This document shows, piece after piece, positions 22,891 to 33,988 of a stretch of DNA of 64,000 nt. Under the pieces are notes generated by a model that did not search any database, was not told the origin of the DNA, and worked only from the letters and a program-made list of their open reading frames with translations. A program made the position numbers and the translations under genes. Location: assembly GCF_964213995.1 (NCBI RefSeq), contig NW_027591235.1:1-64000 (forward strand), read 5' to 3'. Within the stretch, counting starts at the first letter, position 1, and every line of letters starts with the position of its first letter. Origin of the DNA: Mustelus asterias. Taxonomy: Eukaryota.

Positions 22891-23593
22891 ATATGGGGAT
22901 TAAATTCTGCTGTTATTGTTTCTGCTCTCAATTACACCCAGGACTGCATTTTGTTCATTCTCACAGTTGGTCAATGGGGAGGGTCGGAGGGTTTCTTTCT
23001 GCTGGACTGGCCGGTCTCACGACTTTGCCTCCAGTGGGCTGATGCTCTTTGAGTCTTGTTGTGAATACCTTGTTTTAAATTTCACAAGGATCACAGAGTG
23101 ACAGGGTGTGAGGAAGTTCAGAGATATTTAGTCAGCATTTCTGTTTGAAACGCCCCAAATGCCCATCCAATTTCCTTTGTAATTGTTTATTGTCTCCACT
23201 TCCTCCACCCTCGTAGGCAGCGAGTTCCAGGTCATTACCATTCGCTGCATCAAAATATTTTTCCTCATATCCCCCCACCGCATCTCTGACCCAAAACCTT
23301 AAATCTGTGTCCCCCCTCGTCCTTGTCCCATCAGCTAATGGGAACAGCTTTTCTTTGTCCACCTTATCTAAACCTGTCAGAATCTTGTCCACCTCTATCA
23401 AATCTCCCCTCAACCTCCTTTGCTCCAAGGGGAACAACCTCAGCCTGACATCGACAATAAAGAACAAACTAACAGAATATGTTAATACCTGAAATCAAAT
23501 GGGAATGTTTAATTTCTGTTTTAAAGATACTGTGAAGATATTGTCCTGGACAATAAAGGAATTTGAATAACTCACCTTGAGCGTGGTTAAACA

Positions 23594-24654
23594 TGTTGTG
23601 ACCCAGGTCAGAAACTCCAAAGTGTTTTACAAAGTCAGCGGAGCCAGAAGTTTTGCACTTTGATTTTGGCATGGGTGAGCATAAATATTTCACTCCAGGT
23701 ACGATTCAAGTGAGCCACTAGGAAGCTTTTATCAAACAAAGTGTATTTAAGAACACAGTTAAAGTATAAGAAGAAAAATTAGCATAACTTTTACCAATTG
23801 CAATAAAAAGCAACCATGATCTTGTATCAACCAGTACAGCTAAGTATACAGTTGCAAATCAAATAATCCCTTCAAACATACACCCCGTTCTAGGCTTTGC
23901 CCAGAAAGCAGGTATGCTCACATGATGCTGGATTTGGCAGCTTTTTAACACCTGTTGTGAATTAGTCCTTTAAATGTTGAATTCAAACTTTGACTTCCCA
24001 GTCTGCAGTCCAAAGAGCTTGTTACGAAAGAAAACTAAAATCTTTCTCCTGTTTAAAAAAAATGTCCAAAGAGAGCACTGACCTTTCAATCAGGCTCCAC
24101 CCAACAATTCCAAAAGGGTCATAAAACTCCAGGTCACTGTATTAGCCCAGGCTGAAAATCAACAAGATGCCCATTATATTGCTTCATTATATTCATAGAA
24201 TAGAATCCCGATAGCACAGAAGGAGGCCATTTGGCCCATCAAGCCTGCACTGACAACAATCCCAGCCTATATCCGTAACCCCACATATTTACCCTGCTAA
24301 TCCCCCAGAAACTAGGGTCAATTTAGCACAGCCAATCAACCTAATCCACACAGCTTTGGACTGCAGGAGGAAACCGGAGCATCCGGAGGAAACTCATGCA
24401 GACACGGGGAGAATGTGCAAACTCCACACAGACAGTAACCCAAGCCAGGAATCAAACCTGGATCCCTGGTGCTGTGAGGCAGCAGTGCTAACCACTGCGC
24501 CACCGTGCCGCCATATTGTACTTTGTATTAGTGGAGTTGTAAATCAGTGAAGGCCAGCATAATACTTGGTCTGCGACACACTCCGCCATCCATGAACTTT
24601 GTTTTAAAGAAATCTACATTTGAAAGCCCGGTCATTGCATGAAATATCAGACAA
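23594..24654. mobile_element. Possible LTR-like insertion that truncates the 3' cassette
   Basis: Cassette homology stops at about 23590, where TGTTGTGA begins. A possible end is TCAGACA; no convincing TSD. Confidence 0.3.
24192..24511 (-). mobile_element. V-SINE (HE1-like)
   Basis: Same consensus as the other copies. Confidence 0.85.
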
Positions 24655-26339
24655 TAACGGGGAGATAAGAAAGACAGACACTCACTTTGATCTTTTCGTC
24701 AGCACATCTGAGAGTTAAGAATGTGTGACATGATTTTGGGATACCGGAGTGAGTGTACAGATGTGATTTGTTACATGTGAAAAATAACAAGCCTAAATTC
24801 ATGGTGAGATGGAGTGAAGAGCGGGCCCCAAACACACACAGCTACTTGAGACACAGCAGGAGATGAAATGGTTAATGTGGCCAGGGGATTGAGACAACAT
24901 TGTGACATCATCAAGGCACTGACACACACTCCAGAGAGAAACTGAGTTCAAAACAATCAGGATCCAATTAAACACACTGCACAGGGACAGAAAGTGAGGA
25001 AAATTACAGTAAAATGGATAATATTCTAGATTGGGACAATTAAGGGCTTGGGGGAAATAACACAGAGTAAGAACTGTCCACAACTTGGATAGGGGTAAAG
25101 AGAGAGCTGGAGAATCTTTTACATCCATGCTTGATCTGTTGCTTGAAGCATCTGTCCTTATGTACGAGTAACCTAGAACTCACGGTGCTCCTTCAGGAGA
25201 AGAAAAGATCGAGTAGATGTTACCCCAGGCGGGACCAGAACAGAACTGGAAAATAACGGAGTGAAGTTGAGTGAGGGGTCAGAGAGAGAGCATGTTTAAC
25301 AGCTCTCTTGAAAGCCCAGCATGTTAAAGAGCCTGCCAACCCCTCACCCACTTTCCCTAAAGTGCATCAATCTCTGCAGGAAATGTCCAGAAAAATCAAA
25401 TATTTTTACTGATAAAAGTTTATTAATGAAACAGAACATGGTTAAAACAAACAGAAAATGACTTGAGGATCAAAGACAACCAGAGTAAAGGGATGTTCAC
25501 AATGTTCTGGACACAAATGGTTTCTCTTCAGCTCCTCTGTACCCTGTTCCTGTGACTCCCCGCTTTGGACACAGGGACACTGAACCCCGGGGGTCACCCC
25601 ACCATCAGCCTCGGTCACCCCCTCCCATGTCCTGATTGGTTGGAGGCCCATTTCCCACTCCAGTACCTTCCCATCTCTCTAACAGTGCAGTTTCCCAACT
25701 GGGGCGCAGGCCCCGTTATTCTCAGCTAAATTCAGCCCTCAGCTCCGTCGCCTGGCTGTCATTGACATGAGCAATAGAGAGACAGAAAGGGAAGTCGAAA
25801 CTTGTGTCTCTAAGCCAACGTTTCAACATTTGTGAGTCAAATCCATGTTATTTACACTGGGGGTTTTTATGATGAGATTAATTGAAGTGTTCGGCGAGTC
25901 AGCAAGCTCGAGAAGCACTGATTCCAGATTGTTCAATACTTCTGTCTTGAATCACAAAAGCTTCTCACTTTATCCCCTTCCTGAACTGAATTCCATCATC
26001 CTGAGCAGCTGTGGGTGTCACCCCTCTGTGTAAACTCCTGCCCCTTTTTATAAGGCTCTCTCATTCCTTATTGTGGGTCAATTCTTTAATGGTTGAGGAT
26101 CGCTCTGTGATGTAGTGTTTATCCGGTCAATCAATGTTTCTGATGTCAGTCAGAATGTCCATCGTTACTTTTCACCTGTTTCTTACTCTGTGTTTTATAA
26201 AAATAAAGTTTATAAACTTTTACAGAATGGTCAGCTTTAAGGTTTCTGTAGTTGGTGATGAGGTCAGCCAAAGGTCAAAGCCTCTCTCTTTTCTCCTTCC
26301 TGTTTAACTAAGGGGTTGTGTGGAATATTCCATTCAGGG

Positions 26340-26730
26340 GGAGGTGTTGGGATAGTGGGAATGTCTCTGGCCGAGTAATGCAGAAACCCAGCAAAGGATC
26401 TGGGGACAGGCAGCCGGTGGGATTTGAATTCAGTGAATCAATCTGGAATTATATAAAGTTAGTGTCAGAAACGGTGACCATGAAACTATCGACTGTTGTA
26501 AAAACCCGTCCAGTTCACCCGATTAATACCCCCTATTAGGGAGGGAAATCTGCCATCCTTACCCGGTCTGGCCGACATGTGAATCCAGACCCACACAGCG
26601 ATGTGGGTGACTCTTAACTGTCCCTCTGAAATGGCCGAGCAAGTCACTCCATTCAGGGGCAATTAGGAGCTGAGCAACGTGTGCTGGGGCTTTGCCAGCA
26701 GTGTCCACATCCCAGGAAAGAATAAAGAAT
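26340..26730 (+). mobile_element. Second SINE family, diverged copy
   Basis: AGGGAGGAAATCTGCCATCCTTACCCGGTCTGG...GGGCAATTAGG...GCCAGCAGTGTCCACATCCC matches 31919..32310. Confidence 0.7.
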
Positions 26731-27369
26731 ATTCCACGGAAAGTGATGGGTGATTTGAAATGAATTGAAAGTAGGTCAGGAGGTGCTCGTATCGTCCAGA
26801 GCTGCTTTTCAATGGATCCTCCTGTTTAAAATAAAAACACATCACTGTGCCCCTTTCCCAGACACACTGACCTTGGAATATCACAATGCTGTTTTTAAAC
26901 ATTCCTTTGTTAAAGAATCAGTCATTTAGAATTGTGAAACAGACAGAAATTAAATGTTCCGTTTTTCCTGGGATCCTCCTGTGCCTGGCACTGGTGTCCT
27001 GAACAAGGTTATTAACATTCTCTGGGTTAAAGGTTCCTCCTGGTTCTTGCTGTCTGTTGTGTCCTTTCTCACAGTCGGTACCAGGACATTTCTATTGAAA
27101 GGTTGTTAAGAAATTCCAGTGAATTCCAGCCCCTTGTGTAACGTTCCATTTGGTGTGTGTCAGATTCAGAGATGTCCACGTGTGTGTGAAAAGGGTTCTG
27201 GGTAAGGGTTTTAACCCTTCTTTCCCCGTTAGTAACAATGAGCCCTGTATTCAATTCTAAAGTATAAAGTCCTCATTAGATATCAATTCTACCTGTTATC
27301 TACATTTCACCAACCAGTCTATATTTTCATCACAGGACTGCAGTGGGAGCACCGTCAACATCTTACTGA

Positions 27370-28545
27370 CGTGATCGATTTTATCGGGGAGGTGACGAAG
27401 GTGATCGATGAGGGTAGAGCAGTGGATGTTGTGAACATGGATTTTAGTAAGGCTTTCGACAAGGTCCCTCATGGTCGGCTCATCCAGAAGATTAAGATGC
27501 ATGGGATTCACGGTGACTTGGCCACTTGGATTCAGAATTGACTTGCCCATAGAAGTCAGGGAGTAGTGGTGGAGGGTGTTTTTCTGACTGGAGGTCCATG
27601 ACTAGTGGTGTTCTGCAGGGATCTGTACTGGGACCTGCGCTATTTGTGATATATATAAATGACTTGGATGAAAACGTGGATGGGTGGGTTAGTGAGCTTG
27701 CAGACGTCACAAAGCTAGATGGAGTTGTGGATAGTGTAGAAGTTTGTCAAAGGATACAGTGGGATGTAGATCAGCTGCAGATATGAGCGGAGAAACGGCA
27801 GATGGATTTTAATCCGGACAAGTGTGAGGTGCTGCACTTTGGGAGCTCAAATATTAAGGATAAGTATACAGTTAATGTACAGAGGGATCTTGGGGTTCAA
27901 GTCCATAGCTCCCTGAAATTAGCCCCACAAATATTTATCGGTAAAGAAGGCATATGGCATGCTTGCCTTCATTGAGTACAAGACTCAGCATGCCATGTTG
28001 CAGCTCTATAAAACTTTGTTTGGGCTGCACTTAGAATATTGTGTTCAATTCTGGTCGCCACATTACAGAAAGGATGGAGAGGTTTTGATGAAGATGCAGA
28101 AGAGGTTTCCCAGGATGCTGCCTGGATTGGAGGGTGTGAGCGACTGACAAACGGGGGTTGTTTTCTCGATAGCGGTGGAGGGTGAGGGGAGACCTGATAG
28201 CAGTCTATAAAATGAGAGACGTAGAATCTTTTTCTCAGAGTCGATATGTCTAATACCAGGGAGCATGCACTGAAGGTGAGACGGGGAAAGTTCAAAGGAG
28301 ATGTGAGAGGTAAGGTTTTTTACACAGAGAGTGGTAGGTGTCTGGAACACGCTGCTCGGAGTGGTGGTGGAGGCAGATACGATAGGGGCGTTTAAGGGGG
28401 TTTTAAATAAGCACATGAATATGCAAGGAATAGAGGAATATGGACCAAGGGCAGGCAGAAAGGAATAGTTTAATTTGGCATCATGTTCGACACAACATGG
28501 TGGGCTGAAGGGTCTGTTCCTGTGCTGTGCTGTTCTACGTTCTAT
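27370..28545 (+). mobile_element. Decayed CR1 LINE (RT and 3' end)
   Basis: DFSKAFDKVPH, SGVLQGSVLGP, YINDL and LEYCVQFWSP are recognisable, with stops and frameshifts. Confidence 0.85.
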
Positions 28546-28627
28546 TGTGATCTCCATTTAGAAAAAGGAAATAGAGGCACTGGAGAAGGGGCAAGAAAGA
28601 TTCACAAGAATAATCCCAGAACTGGAA

Positions 28628-30625
28628 TCACTTGTGAACTCACTGGTGTTTCACCAAGTTTGCTGACTGAGTGAATCCCTTCCCAGTCAGAGCAGGTGAC
28701 CAGCCTCTGCCTGGTGTGAACTCACTGGTGGGACATTAGTTCCCAAGAGCTTTTGAAGCCACGCCCACATTTAAAGGGTCTCTCCTGGGTGTGATGATGT
28801 TGTGTCTGGGCAGGCTGGATAACCGAGTAAATCCTTTCGCACACACCGAGCAGGTGAATGGTTTCTCCCCGGTGTGAACTCACTGGTGTTTCAGCAGTGT
28901 TGATGATATTCTAAACCTCCTTGAACAGTGAGAGCAGCTGAACGGCCTCTCCCCGGTGTGAATGTGCTCGGGGATCATCAGTTCCTGAGAGCTTCTGAAG
29001 CCGGCCTCTCAGGCAGAGCATTTAAAGGGGCTCTCCTTGGAGTGAGTGGCTTTGTGTCTCAGCAGGCTGGATGAAGCAGTGAATCCCTTCCCACACACAG
29101 AGCAGGTGAATGGTCTCTCCCCGGTGTGAACTCGCTGATGTTCCCCCAGACTGGATGACCTTTTAAATCTCTTTGTTCAGTGAGAGCAGCTGAATGGTCT
29201 CTCCTCAGTGTGAGTGCGCTGGTGGGACACCAGGTCCTGAGAGCTTTTGAATCCGCTCCCACAGTCAGAGCATTTAAATGGTCTCTCATTAGCGTGAGTG
29301 ACTTTGTGTCTGAGCAGGCTGGATGACTGAGTGAATCCCTTCCCACACACAGAGCAGGTGAACGGCCTTTCCCCGGTGTGAACTCGCTGGTGTGTCTGCA
29401 GGTTGTATAATGTTCTAAATCTCTTTGTGCAGTGAGAGCAGCTGAACGGTCTCTCCTCAGTGTGAATGCGCTGGTGGGACACCAGATCCTGAGAGCTTTT
29501 GAATCCACTCCCACAGTCAGAGCATTTAAACGGTTTCTCATTGGTGTGAGTGGCTTTGTGTTTCTGCAGGCTGGATGACTGAGTGAATCCCTTCCCACAC
29601 ACAGAGCAGGTGAATGGTCTCTCCCCAGTGTGAACTCGCTGATGTTCCCACAGGCTGGATGACCTTTTAAATCTCTTTGAGCAGTGAGAGCAGCTGAACG
29701 GTCTCTCCTCAGTGTGAATGCGCTGGTGGGACACCAGATCCTGAGAGCTTTTGAATCCGCTCCCACAGTCAGAGCATTTAAATGGTCTCTCATTGGTGTG
29801 AGTGACTTTGTGTGTGTGCAGGTTTGATGAATGAGTGAATCCCTTCCCACACACTGAGCAGGTGAACGGTCTCTCCCCGGTGTGAACTCGCTGGTGTCTC
29901 CGCAGGTCAGATGAAGTTCTAAATTTCTTTGAGCAGTGAGAACAGCTGAACGGTCTCTCCTCAGTGTGAATGCGCTGGTGGATCATCAGTTCCCCAGAGC
30001 TTTTGAAACCACTCCCACAGTCAGAGCATTTAAATGGTCTCTCATTGGTGTGAGTGAGATTGTGTTTCAGCAGGTGGGATAACTGAGTGAATCCCTTCCC
30101 ACACACAGAGCAGGTGAATGGTCTCTCCCCAGTGTGAACTCCCTGGTGTGTTTGTAAATGGGATGACTGAGTGAATCCCTTCCCGCACACAGAGCAGGTG
30201 AATGGTCTCTCCCCAGTGTGAACTCGCTGGTGTATCTTCAGGTTGGATGAAGTTCTAAATTTCTTTGTGCAGTGAGAGCAGGTGAACGGTCTCTCCTCAA
30301 TGTGAGTGCGCTGGTGGGACACCAGTTCCCCAGAGCTTTTGAAGCCACTCCCACAGTCAGAGCATTTAAATGGTCTCTCAATGGTGTGAGTGAGATTGTG
30401 TTTCTGCAGGCTGGGTAACTGACTGAATCCCTTCCCACACACAGAGCAGGTGAATGGCCTCTCCCCAGTGTGAACTCGTTGGTGTCTCTGCAGATTAGGT
30501 AAGTCAGTGAATCCCTCCCCACACACAGAGCAGGTGAATGGCCTCTCCCCAGTGTGACTGCGTTGATGAATTTCCAGAAGAGATGGGAACATGAATCTCT
30601 TCCCACATTTCCATGGTTTCTCCAT
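28628..30625 (-). CDS. Long C2H2 array: 16 intact fingers before a premature TGA (29177..29179); decayed fingers continue to the ancestral stop at 28628
   Basis: ATG at 30625. Finger 1 has lost three codons (WKCGKRF). TGC>TGA occurs in finger 18, and finger-like sequence continues beyond it. Either a truncated gene or a pseudogene. Confidence 0.8.
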
Positions 30626-31409
30626 GGTGCGGGTGTCCTTGTGACTCTCCAGGTTAAACAATCAGTTAAATCTCACACAGAACACGGGTACAGTCTCTCC
30701 CTGCTGTGAATGCTGCGATGTATTTTCAGGCTGTGTAACTGGTTAAAGCTCTTTCCACACTCAGTGCACTGGAACACTCTCACTCTGGTGTGTGTATTTC
30801 ACTGCATTTCTCGTAAAAGTGATGTTTACAATCTTTTGAAGCCAAGAGGCCAAACAAACATTTCTCCTGCTAGCTTCAAAGGCCGATGATATTCAGGTCT
30901 CAAGAAGTCGAGTCACTCTGTCAGATCTAGATGTGATGTTGGAGATTTCTGTCTGATTTCTCCTTGTCTAATATCCTGTAAATCAATTTAGAAAAAAAAT
31001 CACAATTCAGAATACGATCAATATTCAAATCTACATTGCTAGTTTATGGAGCGTTCATTAAAGACACAGTCATGGAGCATTAAACTTGCCGAGCAGGGCC
31101 TCCCGTATCAGCACACAGGCAGCTGCTTTGTGAGACTGCCGGCAGTACAGACAAGTCAGAGATAAGGGTGTCCTCAGAAGTGGGATTCATTGTGAAAGCT
31201 CAGGGACGGTTGATAAGATGCAGCAATTCTATGATTCTAATGAACATTCTTTCCTCTCCCATTCCCCAAAAGCTGTAAATCTCCATCCCACACACTCTCC
31301 CTCCATTCTCACTCTGCTGTATCTAAGATTCACCCTCCCAATTCTCCTGAAGGTGCTGATTGAGGCTGATTGACAGATCCATGCTCACTGCTTCCTGTCC
31401 AGCACAGAA

Positions 31410-31770
31410 ATCAGAACAAATAGGAGCCGCAGTCAGCATTCGGCCCATCGAGTCTGCTCAACCATTCATTCAGATTATTGGTTGATCTACCTCTGCATTA
31501 TTTTCACCACACTGTCCCCCATATCCATCGATATCTTCAATATCTAGAAACCTATCAATCCCTCTCTTGAAAATTCTTGATGACTGAGGCTCTATAGTCC
31601 TCTGGGGTAGAGAATCCAAAACATCACCACATCCTTGAGTGAAGAAATCCTTCCTCATCTGAGCTTTCTCTCCATTTTCCAGCCTGTCCCCAATAATTAT
31701 TGACTCCCTTGTCATTCAAAAACGGTCTAACTCATCCTTGAATATATTCAATCCCTCCACTGGTCCCTAT
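31410..31770 (-). mobile_element. CR1 3' relic
   Basis: MRKDFFTQ...DSLPQRTIE...FKRGIDRFL plus tail. Confidence 0.6.
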
Positions 31771-31918
31771 GGAAGAGAAATCTAACAATTCTCTGAGGGA
31801 AGAGATTGTTGGAAATATATAATATAGCTGCAGTCCAAAATTACACAGCCAGGTATAATAAGTGTATTTTATTACAGAGCTATAAATAATATATCTAATC
31901 TGTACCATATAACAACAG

Positions 31919-32310
31919 GGGAGCTGATAGCCTCGTGGTATTATCGCTAGACTATTAATCCAGAAACTCAGCTGATGTTCTGGGGACCCGGGTTCGAATC
32001 CCACCACGGCAGATGGTGGAATTTGAATTTAAAAACAAAATCTAGAATTAAGAATCTACTGATGACCATGAAACCATTGTCGATTGACCAAAAAACCCAT
32101 CTGGTTCATTAATGTGCTTTAGGGAAGGAAATCTGCCGTCCTTACCCAGTCTGGCCTACATGTGACTCCAGAGCCACAGCAATGTGGTTGACTCTCAGCC
32201 AGCTTCTGAAATGGCCCAGCGAGCCACTCAGTTCAAGGGGCAATTAGGGATGGGCAATAAATGCTGGCCCAGCCGGCAATGCCCGTGTCCCAAGGATGAA
32301 TTAAAAACAA
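31919..32310 (+). mobile_element. Second tRNA-derived SINE family
   Basis: GGGTTCGAATCCC B box and an AATAAATGCTGGCC...GAATTAAAAA tail; an inverted copy lies at 32960..33400. Confidence 0.75.
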
Positions 32311-32959
32311 CATCAGACACGTCTCTGTCCGATATTAGTTTACTGTCCCCTTTAATATATTTCAGAAATTAGATGGGCACATGAAGGAAATAAAGTTGCA
32401 GGGGAAAGGGAATATAGAAAGGGAATGGGACTGACTGGATTGTTCTACAGAGAGTCGGCACGGATTCGAGTTACTGAATGGACTCCTTCTGCGCCGTAAT
32501 GACTCAATGAGTGGAAATATATAACATAGCTTCAGTGCTACATTACAAAACGAGAAATAATAATAAATGTACTTTGTTACAGAACCATAAATAATATATC
32601 AAATCTACAATATAACAACACTAGGCATATCTCTGTCCTATATTAATTTATTGTTCTTTTAAATGTCAGCCATCTCCTGGGGAAACCAGCCCTTTAATTG
32701 TGAACATTAGGAAAGGGACTTTTTAGCCAGACAAATCAATGTGTCAAGCTGAGGGAGCAAAGGATGTCAATGTCTTTAAGAGAAATTGCAGTGTTAATAT
32801 AAGCCTTACTTGTGACTAATAAATAAACTTTAAACTTTAATATAAACTACCCAATTCTCCTGAAGGTGCTAATTAATGCTGATCGACACTCACCATTTCA
32901 TGTTCCTGACAGATCGTAAGAAATAGTTAGAAATTCAGCCCACCAAGCTGTTCAATTGA

Positions 32960-33400
32960 ATTTTTTTTATTCATTCATGGGACATGGATGTTGCTGGCTG
33001 GCCAGCATTTATTACCCATCCCTAGTTGCTCTTGAAGGGCAGTTGAGAGTCAACCACATTGTTGTGGCTTTGGAGTCACATGTCGGCCAGACCAGTTAAG
33101 GATGGCAGATTTCATTCCCTGAAGGACATTAGTGAACCAGATAGGTTTTTCCGACAATCGAAAGGGTTTCATGGTCATCAGTAATTTCTTAATTCCAGAT
33201 ATTTTTAATTGAATTCAAATTCCGCCAGCTGCTATGGGGTGGGATTGTTGTCGGTGCAGACTCGATGGGCTGAATGGCCTCCTTCTGTACTGTAGGATTT
33301 CTATGATTCTATGACAGGATTCAAACCCGGGTCCCCAGAACATTAGCTGAGTTTCTGAATTAATAGTCTAGCAATAATACCACAAGACCATCACCTCCCC
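32960..33400 (-). mobile_element. Second SINE family copy with an inserted V-SINE/CR1 tail (about 33234..33315)
   Basis: Reverse complement of 31919..32310, interrupted by GGGATTGTTGTCGGTGCAGACTCGATGGGC...CTATGATTCTATGA. Confidence 0.7.
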
Positions 33401-33988
33401 ATCAAGATCATGGCTGATCTGATTGTGATCTGAACTCCACTTTTCTTCCTGTCACCCTTGACTCCCTTTTCGATCAAAAATCTCTGTGTTTTGAGTATAT
33501 TTAATGATGCAGCCTCCACTGCTCTCTGGGGAAGAGAATTGCAAAGACTAACGGCCCTCTGAGGGAAGACATTTCTCCTCCTCACCATCAGAATTGGGGG
33601 ACACTTTATTTTGACAATCTGCCGACTAATTCTGGAATCCCCAACATTGGAAACATCCACTCTTCATCTATACTAATCACTACCTCACAATCTGATGTCA
33701 ATACTATGATCACCTCTAAACTCCAGTCAATACAGGCCCAAACTTTCCTCACAAAACAATGCCTTCATCCCAGGTATCAGCCTGCAGATCCTTCTCTGAA
33801 CTGACAATGACAGAGAGGTGATCAGGGAGGGCAGAGGTGAAACAAAGCAATGGATGGACATGGATTCAGATCCACAGTAACGGAGTCACACCAGCCCCAG
33901 AGACGTGGAACCAAACAAAGAACAAAGAACAGTACAGCACAGGAAACAGGCGCTTCGCCCTCCAAGCCTGTGCCGCTCCTTGGTCCAA

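Noticed and set aside
22916-23101. Recurrent 61-74 aa ORF (..TAFCSFSQLVNGEGRRVSFCW..) in six copies
   Set aside because: It is the duplicated 3' UTR, mostly TTG-initiated, and has indels in some copies (42106, 51109).
29177-29179. TGA at a Cys position as selenocysteine
   Set aside because: No SECIS element was identified, and the downstream fingers carry further stops and deletions.
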